A DNA stretch of 63,995 nt, counting the filler, from Basidioascus undulatus (lineage: Eukaryota): assembly GCA_000826855.1 (NCBI GenBank). It is 10 parts of 10 records of this genome, joined end to end, with 100 filler letters (N's around TTAATTAATTAA, not from the genome) between each part and the next. Parts side by side here need not be neighbours in the genome. Positions count along the whole stretch, not along the records: positions 13,121 to 38,369 come from JTLS01000219.1; 9 more parts are not named here. One strand, written 5' to 3'. The position numbers and the translations under genes were made by a program. Below, one piece after another: positions 25,181-37,512 of the stretch. Positions within the stretch are counted from its first letter, which is position 1, and every line of letters starts with the position of its first letter. Below the pieces are notes generated by a model. That model was not told the origin of the DNA and searched no databases. It was given only the letters and a program-made list of their open reading frames with translations.

Positions 25181-25784
25181 ATGTCCAACCTCGCGGGCTA
25201 TGTCGACCGTGCGCTCGCCCTTGCGCTCGGTGCCATGAAATGTACGGAAGAAGCTGATGTTGGGTGCTGTGGGATGGGTGGGGAGCAGGACAAGTGCTAG
25301 TTGCTACGCAGGACGGGCGGATCATCGTGGTGTGTCTTGCGTCTTCATCTTCTTGTGCGGGTGAAAGGGACTGACAGCGGTGGGGGGGAGGGGTATAGGG
25401 CACGCTCAAGGGCTTCGACCAGAAGGCGAACGTTATCCTCGCTGGTTCGACGGAGCGCGTGTACAGCGCGGATGAGGGCGTGGAGGAGGTGCCGCTGGGG
25501 CTGTACTTGGTGAAGGGGGACAACTTGTGCGTCGTCTCTTCTCTCGCTTTCCCCTTTCACTGCCTCTTTCTCCCTCTGCTTTTCCATTATCCTTCCCCCG
25601 CCATTCTGCTTCCCTCCCCTCCCCTCTCTCGCTCCGGACGACTGTGTGGCATGGGACAGGGGATACTGATGCAGGGGTTATGACGGGCGACAGGGCACTA
25701 GTAGGCGAGCTGGACGAGGAGGCGGACAAGGCGCAGGACCTGGCAAACATCATGGCGGAGCCGATGGGGATCATAAGGCATTGA
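25181..25784 (+). CDS. LSM8: U6 snRNA-associated Sm-like protein LSm8
   Basis: MSNLAGYVD|RQVLVATQDGRIIV|GTLKGFDQKANVIL...ERVYSADEGVEEVPLGLYLVKGDNL|ALVGELDEE. Introns at 25209-25288, 25330-25398 and 25527-25693. Confidence 0.95.
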
Positions 25785-25951
25785 GGGAGCAGGGCGTAGA
25801 ACCAATGCTAGGGTTGAGGGTGTACATGTGCGCGTAGACGACGCACGACCGCCCCGCAGGGAGACAGCGCGGCCTTGTACTATTATCGCAGCGCTGAGAG
25901 TAGAGTGGAAGTGACATGCATGCCGTCCGACCCAGCTACACAGCACAGTGG

Positions 25952-26554
25952 TCACCAGTCCCTCGCGAGCCGCCCGCCCGTGTCGATAGGCTCTAACCGT
26001 TCTCTCGGTGCGGGACTCGCATGCAGCACCGCCTCACCCCCAGCCGCCCGAACCTCCTCCTCCGTCGCATTCGCCGCCGTCCCCTCCAAATCTGCATCCA
26101 CCCTGGGTGTCTTCCTATGCGGCAGCACCTCCTCCGGCGTCGGCGGGGGCCTCGTCCCTACTGTCCCACTCCCCTCCCCCTCTCCCTCCTCCTCCACCGA
26201 TCGCACCGCCCCAGCCCACTCCGCAGTGCTCCCGTTGTCCACGTCCATATCCTCAAAGTACGAGCCTGACCCGGCGCTCCCGCCCGTGTCGATGTCCGAC
26301 CAGGCGGCTTCGGAGGGCGGCGCGGAGATCACCTCGTATGAGCCGAGAGAGGACGTCTCGGTGTGCGGGTTGGTATATGGGGAGGGCGAGGCGGAGACGT
26401 CCTCGATGTGCGTCTCGGAGAATGTGGGCGAGGAGGAGGAAAGGCTGGAAGGCAGGGGAGGGAGGGGGGAGGCGGCGGTGGCCCTGGTGCGGGACGGGAC
26501 CGGGGTGAGGGTTACTGGACGGGTGCACGGGTGAGGAAGGAACGTACATCGCAA
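25952..26554 (-). CDS. Hypothetical low-complexity Ser/Pro/Glu-rich protein; start uncertain
   Basis: 200-codon ORF with coding-like GC bias and no recognisable domain. Confidence 0.45.
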   Translation of the reverse strand: MRCTFLPHPCTRPVTLTPVPSRTRATAASPLPPLPSSLSSSSPTFSETHIEDVSASPSPYTNPHTETSSLGSYEVISAPPSEAAWSDIDTGGSAGSGSYFEDMDVDNGSTAEWAGAVRSVEEEGEGEGSGTVGTRPPPTPEEVLPHRKTPRVDADLEGTAANATEEEVRAAGGEAVLHASPAPRERLEPIDTGGRLARDW

Positions 26555-27524
26555 AGAATGTGTTTTATTTTTAGATTTTATATGTTAGATTTTATATGTT
26601 CAATTCGTCGTTGGGAGTTGCAGCAACACGGATTAGGAGGCGGAGCGGAATAGTGAACCCAAGAGAAGGAAGGGCAAATGACGCGAACGGGACCGCCGCA
26701 GAGTTGATGCCGCTCGCCAACCTTCTCCGCCGCCTTCAATCCCTTGACTGGCGAACACGACTTCAGCGACCTTGTCACAGCACAAATCTAGGAAGTTTTT
26801 GCTTTGTTTTCTTACGCTCGCAACGCACTGACAACACTACGTGGATTCGTCGCAGTCGCAACGCAGGCAGTGTGCCACATCCTCGTGCTAACGGAACACA
26901 CGACACTCAGCCCTCACCACTATCAGACCCTTATGGACATCGCTGACTGAAGAGTCCTTCGGTAACGCGCGGGCTCATAGCTGGAGGATGACGTGAAAGG
27001 TCACGTCTTCTGCTGTGTAGTGCGGCTTCCATGCCTTCTTCTTTCCGGTCAGGCTTAGTGTGGGTCGGACATGATGGATTGACCTTTTCAAAGCTTCTGA
27101 ATCCCCCACCCAGCTGGATGTACACGTCGATGCTCGTTGCCCACAAGCCTCCGCTGCCGTTGCTTTCAGCGACTCGGGACTGCCTCGGGTCAGTTGTTCT
27201 TGCTAGTCTTGCTTCGGCCCGGCCTACGCAATGCTACCCACTTTTGGTATGTGTTTCTACAGGGTACAGGTCACTGATACTGTATCTCTCCAGTAGCACT
27301 GCCGCTATTCGACCTCGAGCAGGAGCACGTTCCGCAACGCGTCGACGCGATACGCACTACGTCATTTGGGGAGCCGGCCCTGGCAGGCCTGGCGGAGTGG
27401 GCCCGGTGCCAGCGATCGCAGCGCAGTCTCTAGCGCACCCTATCTACCCTCCTTCTCCTCTCGACCACCACCATCACACCCGTTCTCTGAAGCGCTTCTT
27501 TTTCCAATCCAAACCAACGCCACC

Positions 27525-28315
27525 ATGTCCACCTTCGACCTCTCCCGCACCAACTACTCGCTCTTCGCGCTCCCCCTCGTCTGGACCGTCGGCTTCCTCC
27601 CCCACCCCGTAAAACTTGGGGTGCTGGCTTCCGAGGGGCATCAGTGGAACAAGTGCGTGGGGTCCTGAGCAAGTCAATCTGAGAAAGGACGGCGGGTGCT
27701 GATGGAGTGGAGGGGGGCACAGCGTCCAGCCCCGCCAGAACACGGCGGAGGCGGCTGCTACGCTCGACAAGAAGACGCTCGCTAAGGTGCAGCGGCTGGA
27801 GGGCGCGCACTTGGTACGCGGCTGTCCTATCTTGTGCTGTCCCGTTTCTCCAATCTGACGAGCGTTGCCCCCATAGAACGGCACCGAGACGTTTCCCCTC
27901 TTGTGAGTATGCTCCTTCGCAGCGACACGTGCACTCGCTGATCGAAGCTCTCCGCCCACGCAGCGCCGCGGCCCTGCTCGCCGGTAACGTCGCCCGCCTG
28001 CCCGTCAAGGCTCTGAACACCTTCGCGTTCGGCTAGTCCGTCCTTTGTTCCCACCCACTTCACACTCTCCACATCAGGACTGAAAGCGCAGCGCAGCCTC
28101 GCCTCCCGCATCCTCTTCAACATCCTCTACGTCTCGCAGCAGAGCGCGACCGTCTCCGTGCGTACCCTTCCAACACGCTTGTCCCTGTGAGATGAATCTG
28201 AACTGATTTTGCGCTTTGTACCGCTCCGAAGTGGACGCGCTCGGCGGTCTGGTTCTCCGCCATCGGCGCCAACCTCTGGGTCCTCGTCAAGTCCGCGCTG
28301 CTCATCTCTTCCTGA
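27525..28315 (+). CDS. MAPEG-superfamily membrane protein
   Basis: NYSLFALP..W...PH, WNNVQPR, RLEGAHLNGTETFPLFAAALLAGN, YLASRILFNILY, RSAVW, spread over about 6 exons. Confidence 0.8.
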
Positions 28316-28717
28316 TTTCTGGGACACTCGGACTACTCCTGATACTGTGGAAGCGCGGATCGGAAAGGATCGGAATAGCATTGCGGATGAATGGAAGGAA
28401 GTTGGTTGCGATTGCGATTCGAGCGCGACTATACGCATGTCATGTGTAAAGCCTGACATCCCAGACTGCAATCGGAACCGCGGTCAGGAATCGCGGAAGC
28501 TGGCAGCGGTTGGTTGCTCGCTCGACATGCTCGCCTGCTTCTCCCATATCCATAACCTATCATAAGACTATCAGAATGCCATCAGCACAGCAGCCTAAGA
28601 AACAGGGTGAGCTGAAATCCTTGCTCGGTGGGATGTGGCTGGGAAGACGTCCGGGTCCCAGGTGGACGCTTTTCCGCCGTGCTCTGCCTCATAGGGCTGC
28701 AGGGTGGAAGGTAGCTT

Positions 28718-28900
28718 GAATTGGGAAGCAGCGAAGGGGAATGTATGCTCAGGAACCGAGAATGAACCATTGTCTGTTTGTAGGAAACAACCCGTTAAGA
28801 ACGGCCAGTACACCGAAGCATGCACGCTGTACGAGAAGGCGTGGGCGCTGGACCCCAACTCGCCCGTGTACGGTAGCAACCTCGCGGCGTCCAAGTCTCA
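28718..28900 (+). pseudogene. Isolated TPR-repeat remnant
   Basis: AAKGN...KNGQYTEACTLYEKAWALDPNSPVYGSNLAA is a TPR consensus with no intact flanking gene. Confidence 0.5.
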
Positions 28901-29186
28901 ACTGAACAGCGAGCAACCAGCAGTCACCGGCCGGCCAGCTTGACGCCCTCCGCAGCACATTGCTATGCCGACTGCAGCGTCGTACGATTGTCCTCGATTA
29001 CTTGTAACTCCCTAGTTCTTGAGTCTTCTGGGGAAGAACTCTACTAGTTTAGGCAGTTAGGTTCGTCCAAAGCACAGGCGTGGGGACATCGGCCACGCAC
29101 TTGTACAACACATCAAATGCCAAGCATGCTCTCCTTCGCATGTCTAGATTGGGAGCACTGCAGTGTGGAAAGAAAAAGCGAGAAAA

Positions 29187-29272
29187 TGGACATATCCGGA
29201 ATTGAACCGGAGACCTCCTCCATGCAACCAAGAATGCTAAGAAGGCGTGATAAGCCACTACACCATATGCCC
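29187..29272 (-). tRNA. tRNA-Ala(AGC) with 12-nt intron
   Basis: GGGCATA/TATGTCC with the G3:U70 Ala determinant, anticodon arm CCTTC-TTAGCA[TTCTTGGTTGCA]T-GGAGG, T arm TCCGG-TTCAATT-CCGGA, T-runs downstream. Confidence 0.93.
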
Positions 29273-29693
29273 TTGTTTGAACTTCACCCAGATTTTCAAT
29301 CCAAATTTATCTCCCAAAAAGAGCACAGTCTTTTCAGTTTATTGAAATTGCCAACCCAAGGACATGGTAGGCCGGCGAACATCTCTACATAGCCAATGAT
29401 CGGGTCTCATTCCGCCCTCATGGAATCATGTTCCCACGATGGTCACGCTGCGGTGTCATTGTCCATCATCATATGCATTGGCTTCATCATGCTTTGAAGA
29501 TATAGAAGTACATTTCTGACTGAAATCTTGACATATTCAAACTTGTGTGATTGGGCGATGCTCAAACCGCGATCGGTTGTCTCAACGAGTCACCTGAGGC
29601 GCCCTTTCGCCTTGCCGCATCCGAGTCTATCTCCCGCGCGACTTGTCCGGTTGCGTGTCTGGGTTCGCTCATGATGAGCATCGACTTCACAGA

Positions 29694-29731
29694 AGAGTCC
29701 GGACGTGGTACTAGAGTCCGGACGTGGTACT
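29694..29731 (+). repeat. Perfect 19-bp tandem duplication
   Basis: AGAGTCCGGACGTGGTACT x2. Confidence 0.9.
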
Positions 29732-31299
29732 AATTTGGATTGTATTAAAGTCTTCCATTCTCCGCTGCGACGTGGCCATCTCCCATCCTTCTCAGTCTCC
29801 TTTCACAGCGAGCGTCACATGCCTGCCCAGCTTCACTTCGCATTTACGGCTCTCAATTACCAACATCCTTCCCCTCCAGAAACGCATCACCTCGCTCCAC
29901 TCCGGCATCCGCTGCTCCGCTCGTGCCGTCTGCCCAAAGTACATCCACCACACGGCTCGCCAGGCATGCTCGAACGCATCCTTTTCCTTCTGGGGCTCTT
30001 AGCTCCCCAGCAAGGGCTCGAGGTCCCAAGCCGAAGGCGGTGGGGAAAGGGCGCTAGACCACAGCGGGGAAGGCCATTGCGGGTTAAATGGGAGAGTTGG
30101 AAAGATCAGCTCGGTCCCATACCCGAGTAAGAGAGCGAGACCATGGAGGAGAGATGGAAGGGTGTAAAAGAGTCAATGGAGGGGAGACGGTTAAGCACAC
30201 CTATGCGGCGGGAAATGGGAGGTTGGGGCGGGGTTGGGGGCAGCCGTGACTTCCGGTCAGCGGAATGAGTCGCTAGCGACCTCGGTTGCTGCAATAGATT
30301 TGTGAGATTCCCTGGACATTTAAGAGTTCTGATCTATGCAATGCACAGTGCACGTTCTGCTTCGTTCTTAAAGGATAGTTACGCTTTTCAATCGTGTTGC
30401 GGCAGTACGAGAGGTTACCGTTCTGCCATCGTCGTCTGCATTGCGGCTGAAGTCCGGTAATTAAACAGACGCGGCGGTGATGTCTACAATTGAGCTTTGG
30501 GGAAGTGCTCTGTAGTTTAACAATTCATAGGAGCCATGTGACGAAGCGGCGTCGGCCTCCTTATAGCCACGCAAGCAGGAAGAAGTGCAACTGGGTAACG
30601 TGTGGAACGCACGCGGGAAGCTCTCTGAAACAAGATTAGCAGGGACGACAGGAGGCTGGTCGCTCGACTAGCCCTCTCAGAATGGAAACCCCAAGCCGAT
30701 ATTGGGTTGCCTAGCCACTCTGAACCGTCTGCCAGTCTGGCACGAACAGCCAACGCACAGGCATACAATTGCCTATGAGGAGATGCCCTACATTTCAACT
30801 TCCCATGTATAATCTCATATTGCAAAGAGTGGATGACGGTTGGGCGTTTGCTCAGCGCCTCTTGCCTCAGGTTAGCCGCTGCGGCGGCTAACCTAACTAG
30901 GCGTACGCAGAAGAAAGAATGAGACAGTTTCTCAGCCCTAAATGGCAGGATTCTATTAACAGACGAGTTCCGCGTGACTGCAGCAGGAGGTCAGGTATGT
31001 GGCGAAGCAGCTGCTCATGCCCACCAGTGCTTCAAGTAGCTATGTAGGGCTAGCCAATACGGTGTAAGTATCAGTTCAACCTTTTAAGTGATTCTTAAAG
31101 CGCTTGAAAAGACCATCACAGATGGTGAGCAGACAAGGAAGCAAAAGATGGAATGAAAGCAATTCTGCGGTACCACCAACACAGCGCACCCACCCCAAGA
31201 ACATCCCCATAACACCTGATATTCACCTTTGACACTCGTCCCCAACTCAGACCATAATAAGACCAGAATCACCTTGTGAATGTATATAGGTTTCTTTCA

Positions 31300-32600
31300 G
31301 GATGCCCATACCGCACTCCACCCTGTGAGGCCAATGTCGCAGCGACGCAGCCTCCGTGGCTAGCCGGCTAGAGACCTACCCCGGCTCAAGCACGCGGCCC
31401 GCATCCAGCTCTTACAATTAAACTAGTCTGCAAGCTCTGGTATATGTGTGAAACTTCAAATTAAGCTAACCAAGACCTATCCATGTACTGATTGTCCTTC
31501 CCAGTCTCTCGCGGCCCGGCTGCTCTATCGCCAGATCCATGTTCAAGCCAGCCTACTTCAAAGGTTTCGCTCTGTTATTTGGGACCTTAACGCTGCAGGA
31601 AGCCCCATGACCACTGAATCCAGTTTCTGAAATTTTTCTGGGACTACTTCAGCCCGGCCATGGAGAAGCCACTCTCCTCCAAGGCATTCTTGACTGGGCT
31701 CCGCACCTTCCGCTCTCAACCGTCTAACCACTACCCATACGGCCGTGGCTGCTAGCACTTTATCTACCAGTGGTAACCATACATTTAACCATGTATACCA
31801 TCTATGATTGAAACCTACCACCCACCTGTTAACATCTTTGCACAGCTTGCACCCTTCCATTCGCTTAAAGTCTCAAAATTATCAGTCAACATTGACGCGG
31901 AGACGGCCTCATTCGATGACAGGGTCCCCATCTTCCCTATCACGCTTCTTCTTCTGAAGAAGCTCAAGATCAGCGCAGGGTACTGACAGTATGACAACTA
32001 TACACATCGGCCGCTCTCTACCCCAAGCGCAGAGTGATTGAGGCATCTATTCCTTATCGCTCTTCATCCTCGACTTCCAACCCTTTTGAGACATTTCTCC
32101 ACCAATTGATTACTCTGTACAGGGCAAGCTCAAAGGTCTCGACCTCGGTCCAAACAAACATCCGCTTGGACATCGTAACACCTCCCTTCCTCCCTTCCCT
32201 GCCTGCGGCGCATCTTGCTAACAAGCATGCAAAACCTCAAGCTCAACGGAGTGGCTCATTCAGCGCTATAAAATTTGCGGTTCTACATGTGATGGGACAG
32301 AGACCAGATGGCCGTGGAAAGCACTCTTGTTCTGGTCTTGTGGGTCCTTGCACTCGATCATGTTGCGCTCCCATCTTTCCAGGCTGTTCATGCGGACAGC
32401 CATGTCAAGAGCTTTAACCACTATGTTAGCCCTCGGATCTAGGGTGCCAGATCCACACGGCGAGAAGGATGTAGAGTGGCAGGCCATCCAGGCAAGAACA
32501 TTGCACTGCTCGAGGGATCAAGGGGGCTGTGCTTCTGGCTGCGACGGGCTGGGTCTTGAAGGACTGCTATGGGGAAGCTGTACCTGCACTTGAATTGCGG
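31300..32600 (+). pseudogene. Decayed F-box-like gene; boundaries approximate
   Basis: ALTIKLVCKLW | SLAARLLYRQIHV (end of an F-box-like motif) followed by broken LRR-like fragments with many stops. Confidence 0.4.
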
Positions 32601-33257
32601 TGCTAAGTGGACATGAAGTTGAGTCATTGCAGTGCAGAAGAATGAGTTTGTGGTCCTGTCCTGCTCTTCTCTTTCGTGGCAACCGTGAAGCATCACGCTC
32701 CCCCTCGTTGTCTCAATCCTGCTTAAAACATACATATTTTCTCAAGATCTGGCATCAATAAATTTGGCTCCTTTCCTGTCACTACTGCTCTGCTTCACCG
32801 CCAGAGCCTGTTGAAACCTTGCGGCAGCTGTGCATCCCACCAAGCCCAATAGTTGACATATAAAATAATCTCGGAGAATCTTAATTCTAGCACTTCATCT
32901 TCCGAAAGTCAAGAGGACGATGAAGCAGAAGGCAAATCTCCCGGCTGCGAGGAGTAGCTGCACTGCCAGACAACATCGTTGGACATGAATGCCCTCACAT
33001 GAGCAGGGATAAGTTTTTCAGTAAATAAGTTCGATTTAACTTCGACGACAATACCCACTAAAAGCCCTCTCCAGTTTTTTAGTATTTATTTGACGACAGC
33101 AGGATGTTGGGCCCAATGGCTGACGCAGCGAAGAGCCGAGCCCAACCCGGTCTCCTTCGCCTCCAATTTTCTTGCTTCGCCCCATCATCACCCTCAATCC
33201 ATTCCACCAGACACCTGCGCTTTACTTCTGCTCAACCCAAAGGCCACGTCGATCAAT

Positions 33258-34862
33258 ATGACCGGGGAGACGAGCGCCCACCGCGTCTTTACTGCTGAAG
33301 TAGCTCGGGCCGCTTCATCCTCGCGCCTTCCGCCTCGCCCCGGCTGGTGGCCTGCTTCTTCTACCACGCATTCTCAGGCTGCGCAGCCTTCATCCTCGGT
33401 AATCTGCGAACCCAGTGCCCCATCGCCCGGCGACGTCTTTTCGCGTCAGCCGACCGACACCGTGCTACTCATCCTCTCGCACCTTCCTCGTCAATCACTG
33501 CTCACTCTCAACCGCGTTTCGCGCACGTTCCACATGCTCGTGAGCCCGGTGCTCTTCCGCGAAGTCACTCTGAAGCAGCCGATGCTCGCTTGCCGCGCCA
33601 CTATCCTCGCGGGCGACGAGATGCTCAGTGCGGCGGTGCGCGTCTTGAAGGTGGAGGGAGCCGGGATGGGGAGGAAGATTTCAAGGCTTTGGCGAGCATG
33701 TTTAGGCGCCTCTCCGGTCTAGTCGATTTGCACCTTTTGCTGGCGAGCGTAGGCGGGAGCATCGTGGCGCCAATCGCGGATCTGTTCGATGTCTTCACTG
33801 CACTCTCGCATCTTACCACCATCGAAGCATTTCGGCTGTCGATAGCGAGGGCCGCGCGTCTTCCGGAGTCCTCCGATGACTTGCCTCGACTCGAACATCT
33901 TCCACCCATCAAAAACCTTTCATCGTTTGTCCTGGACCCATACGTGCCTCCAACGGCAACCTGGATTCAATTTGTGACCAGAACCATCGCAGCCACTCCT
34001 GGCGGGCTAGCTCATTTTGAATGGCTCCCCGAAACGAGAGTTGGTTCGGCAGCGCGCTATATCGAGCTTCCAGAGCATGGCACCCTTGTTCGGGAGTCCG
34101 TCCTCTTCACCTCGCCGCAACCTTTGCGTCGGTTGGCTCTCAGCACCCAGTTGCATGCGCGCACGACAACCGCTCGAATCTTTTCAACTCTTACTCATCT
34201 TCGCTTCGAAGGCTTTGACATTACCCCGGAGCTCGAATCCGCCGCGCTTCCCAATCTTATCGCATTCTTCGGGAACGCCGTGGACTGCTTGAGTCTACTT
34301 CGCTCGCCGTCAGGCTGCCCACAGCTGAAGCATTTGGACATCTTGTTTTCAACTCTGGCTTCTGAGACCGAGCTGCTCGATGCGCTTTGGGGGCGCCCCA
34401 TAGTCACTCTCAAGTTGAACAGGCAACCTCCCTTCTCTATCCGGAGCCTTCGACAACTCGCCGAGTGCGTGATTTCACTTGAAGCGCTTGCAGTGCCCAC
34501 TTACATTTTACCATCGGTGCGCTCTGGATTTCAATTGGTGACTCGTTTTCCCACATCATCTGTGTTAATCGGCTCCTGCGCAGGACATTATCGGTGCGCT
34601 TTCCGGTCTGCGCCTTCTCAGCCGGCTCGCAGTGTCCAGCCGGGCCTGGAATAATCAGAACAAGGGACGACGCGAACTCGACACGATCACTTGTGCAAAG
34701 ACGATCCCATCCCTCAGACTACTCTGGGACGGCTCGGACGAGGCCGCAGCGATGCGAATTCTGCGCAAGTCAGATGGGCGGCTTGACTCGGTGCGGGCGT
34801 TGGAGCAAACAGAGGCCTTGGCGGAATTCGAGGCAACGTTTGGATGGGAGTTGGATGTGTGA
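33258..34862 (+). pseudogene. F-box/LRR-like gene with one apparent frameshift near 33660
   Basis: QPTDTVLLILSHLPRQSLLTLNRVSRTFHMLVSPVLFREV (F-box) lies in one frame. The LRR-like body EEDFKALASMFRRLSGLVDLHL... lies in another, with no credible intron between them. Confidence 0.6.
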
Positions 34863-37038
34863 TGCTTTGTGATGTATTGGGTTTTAAAAGTTTGGCAACA
34901 CCGCATTTATCAGGCCGGCGTCGTCCAAGAGACAGAAATATTTGCGCATCCTCCCGACCTTGGCGTTTACCACGCAGCTTGTGCATTGTTCCTTCTGAGG
35001 AAATGACCGCACCAGTAAAATAGCTCGACATCCCCGACTTCGCTGTGCTCGCAGCTCACTGTCTCGGCCTCGCATCACGAGTGGCGCTTAGAGAGGTGGT
35101 GTGCATTGCGGTTGAGGCGCGGTTAAACAGTCAAAACTCAGCCCGACGATCCACGTCTCCCTGGAACCCTCACATTATGTTTTGCATCAGCCAAACTCCC
35201 TTGCTTTCGCTCCACTGTGAGAGCGCCCTGTGAGGTTGCCTATTCCAGACCATCATCTCTTCTCGGGGGAGGGCGAGACCGGAATAGCATGGCTTTATGC
35301 AAGTGAGAGCCCCCAGAGTTCTCCGAAATTGAAAGCACTTTTGTTTTTGCAGCAGAGTATGGGGCATCCACTGAGTGGCTGCTGTGGCTGACAGGGTGTC
35401 TCACCATATGTTCGCGGTTCCGTTATGTTGCGTTGAGGCTGACTTAGGCCCAGCCTGCTTGCATATTAACATGTTGTATCTCTTGTGGGCTTTATTAATG
35501 AATAGGTAACAAACCTCTTTCTGGGTCGATAGATCCGTGGTGCAGAGGATGCTGTGTCTCCTGAGGAGTGGTTGAGGGCTGCGCTGCCCGAAGGGGTCAG
35601 GGAGGAGGTCAGGGAGATGTGAGGGTTTATATGCGAGGTCTGTGCGTGGGTATGGTGTTGGTTGATGGAGCGGGTGACGCTGATAAAGAGAGAGCATGGG
35701 GGTGTGCAGGCCAGAGAGAGATTCTGGAGGAGGCGGTGGGTGCGTACAAGGACGTGCAAGAGCACACACTGTGACTTGCGCATGCTGAAGGGTGGATTTG
35801 GTGGATGAGGAGGAGTACAAGAATTTCTGAGTGGGTTGAGTGGACACTGAACATTATTATTGGACAGTTTTCCATGCCAAGCAAGGCGGCTGCAACTCGC
35901 TCGTCAGGTGTGTAGAACCATTGGATCCGGAACCGCTGTCAGGTGACTGAGTGCATTGTCCATCCACGCAGGACGTTGGCGGCCGAGGAGCCCGACGTCT
36001 CCTCCCTCACCTGAGCAAAGGTTCTCTCTGGCAGAGAGTGAGGCTGAACAGAGGTAACGCGTTAGTCTCGACCCCGGCATGGTCAACACAGAAGTGTGTA
36101 GCATCGTCTCACAACATTCATGTCATGTTGAACTGACGCAATACCTCTGTTAAAAAGATGTAATGCTACATTCACTCCCACGGTAAGACCACAACACTCT
36201 GATCCAAGCGGACGACCTGCTGACATCCCCTGCAGGTGCTGCGGCCATGCCCCAGGAGGTGCACGACCTCCTCGTCGGCCTGCACGCCAACGGCGGGCTC
36301 GGCAAGGTGAGTGCTTTGGCACATTGGGCTCTAACCACTCTGGGTCAACCTGACCACTCTGCATAGCAGGAAGGGCCCGGCCATGTAATGGCTGCGTTTG
36401 TCGTGAAGGGCGACCACGCACTCTCGGGCCAGTCCTTCGACTTCTCGGTCCCGGAGCTTGCTCAGTACCGCCCTTGATCTGGGTACAGCAGGTCTCTAAC
36501 CCAGTTTCCCGACCCTCTACATTATTTCCGAAAGGTGCGCGCTGGTTACGGACCTTCATATGCTCGATGGTTGAAGACGTATGTGACCAACATTTTGTAC
36601 CACGTGGTCTAGCTCTGTGCTTGCCTGGAGATTTCTCGAACCTAGTAAATATTGAAATGCTGTAGGGGAAGAGGTTACGGCCGTGCAGCCGGACTGCGTC
36701 GAGCGATGCTGTGGCGACGTTCCAACTGAACGTGACCAGCGTCTGCTCCTTTCATCGAAGACAGTGTCGCACGCCGCGTGATACTAAACTGAATGCTGCA
36801 TGGAAGCGCCTCATTTTAGTTAAAACACCTTTATTTGGCTGGTTATGCTGTCGCGCTGCCCCATGAACATACTGCAACTAAATCAACTGTAGTTGAGGCA
36901 GGCAAAACCCAGTCCCGATCTACTGTGATTCAACTTGCAGGGTTTTTCACATCTAAAAACAGATCATATGAATAGATCAGAAAACAATATAAATTCTTCC
37001 ACACAGTAGCCTCCTCGCCCAGTGCATACAACATTCTC

Positions 37039-37512
37039 TCAGAGCTCGATCCGCGACTCGGAGCCCCCCTGAAGCGCGCCCTTCTCAGAGTGCGCGTCCA
37101 TGAGCATGGCGTCCGCGGCCTTGAAGAACATATCTTTTGAGTGCTCCAATCGATCAGCGCTAGTTTTGGACTGGGTGGAAGAGGGAAAATGGTAGAGGGC
37201 GGGAGAAGAGAGGAAAGCACCGAGGATGATCACGCCGCATAGGGGCCAGAGGATCCCCAGCCGACATCCATCGCTTTGCAAACACCTCGTTCGGGGCTGG
37301 GATATACACAGGGGTCAGCTTGGATAGCTTCGGCATGGGCGAAGGACGGAGGAACAGACGAAGAGAGCGTTGTAGCCAAGCCAGACGAGTGTTCCAGCGG
37401 GAACGAGGAACAGGGCGCCAAACACAATGCACAGGTACCCGGAAATGATAGAGGGCAGGGCGTCGAGGAGCGGCTGGTACCACGCTGCGGAGATGAAGCC
37501 TTGGTAGCCCAT
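37039..37512 (-). CDS. Small hypothetical two-transmembrane protein
   Basis: MGYQGFISAAWYQP...YLCIVFGALFLVPAGTLVWLGYNALF|PRTRC...GILWPLCGVIILGAFLSS... joined by a GTCTGT..CTGAC..CCAG intron. Confidence 0.55.
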
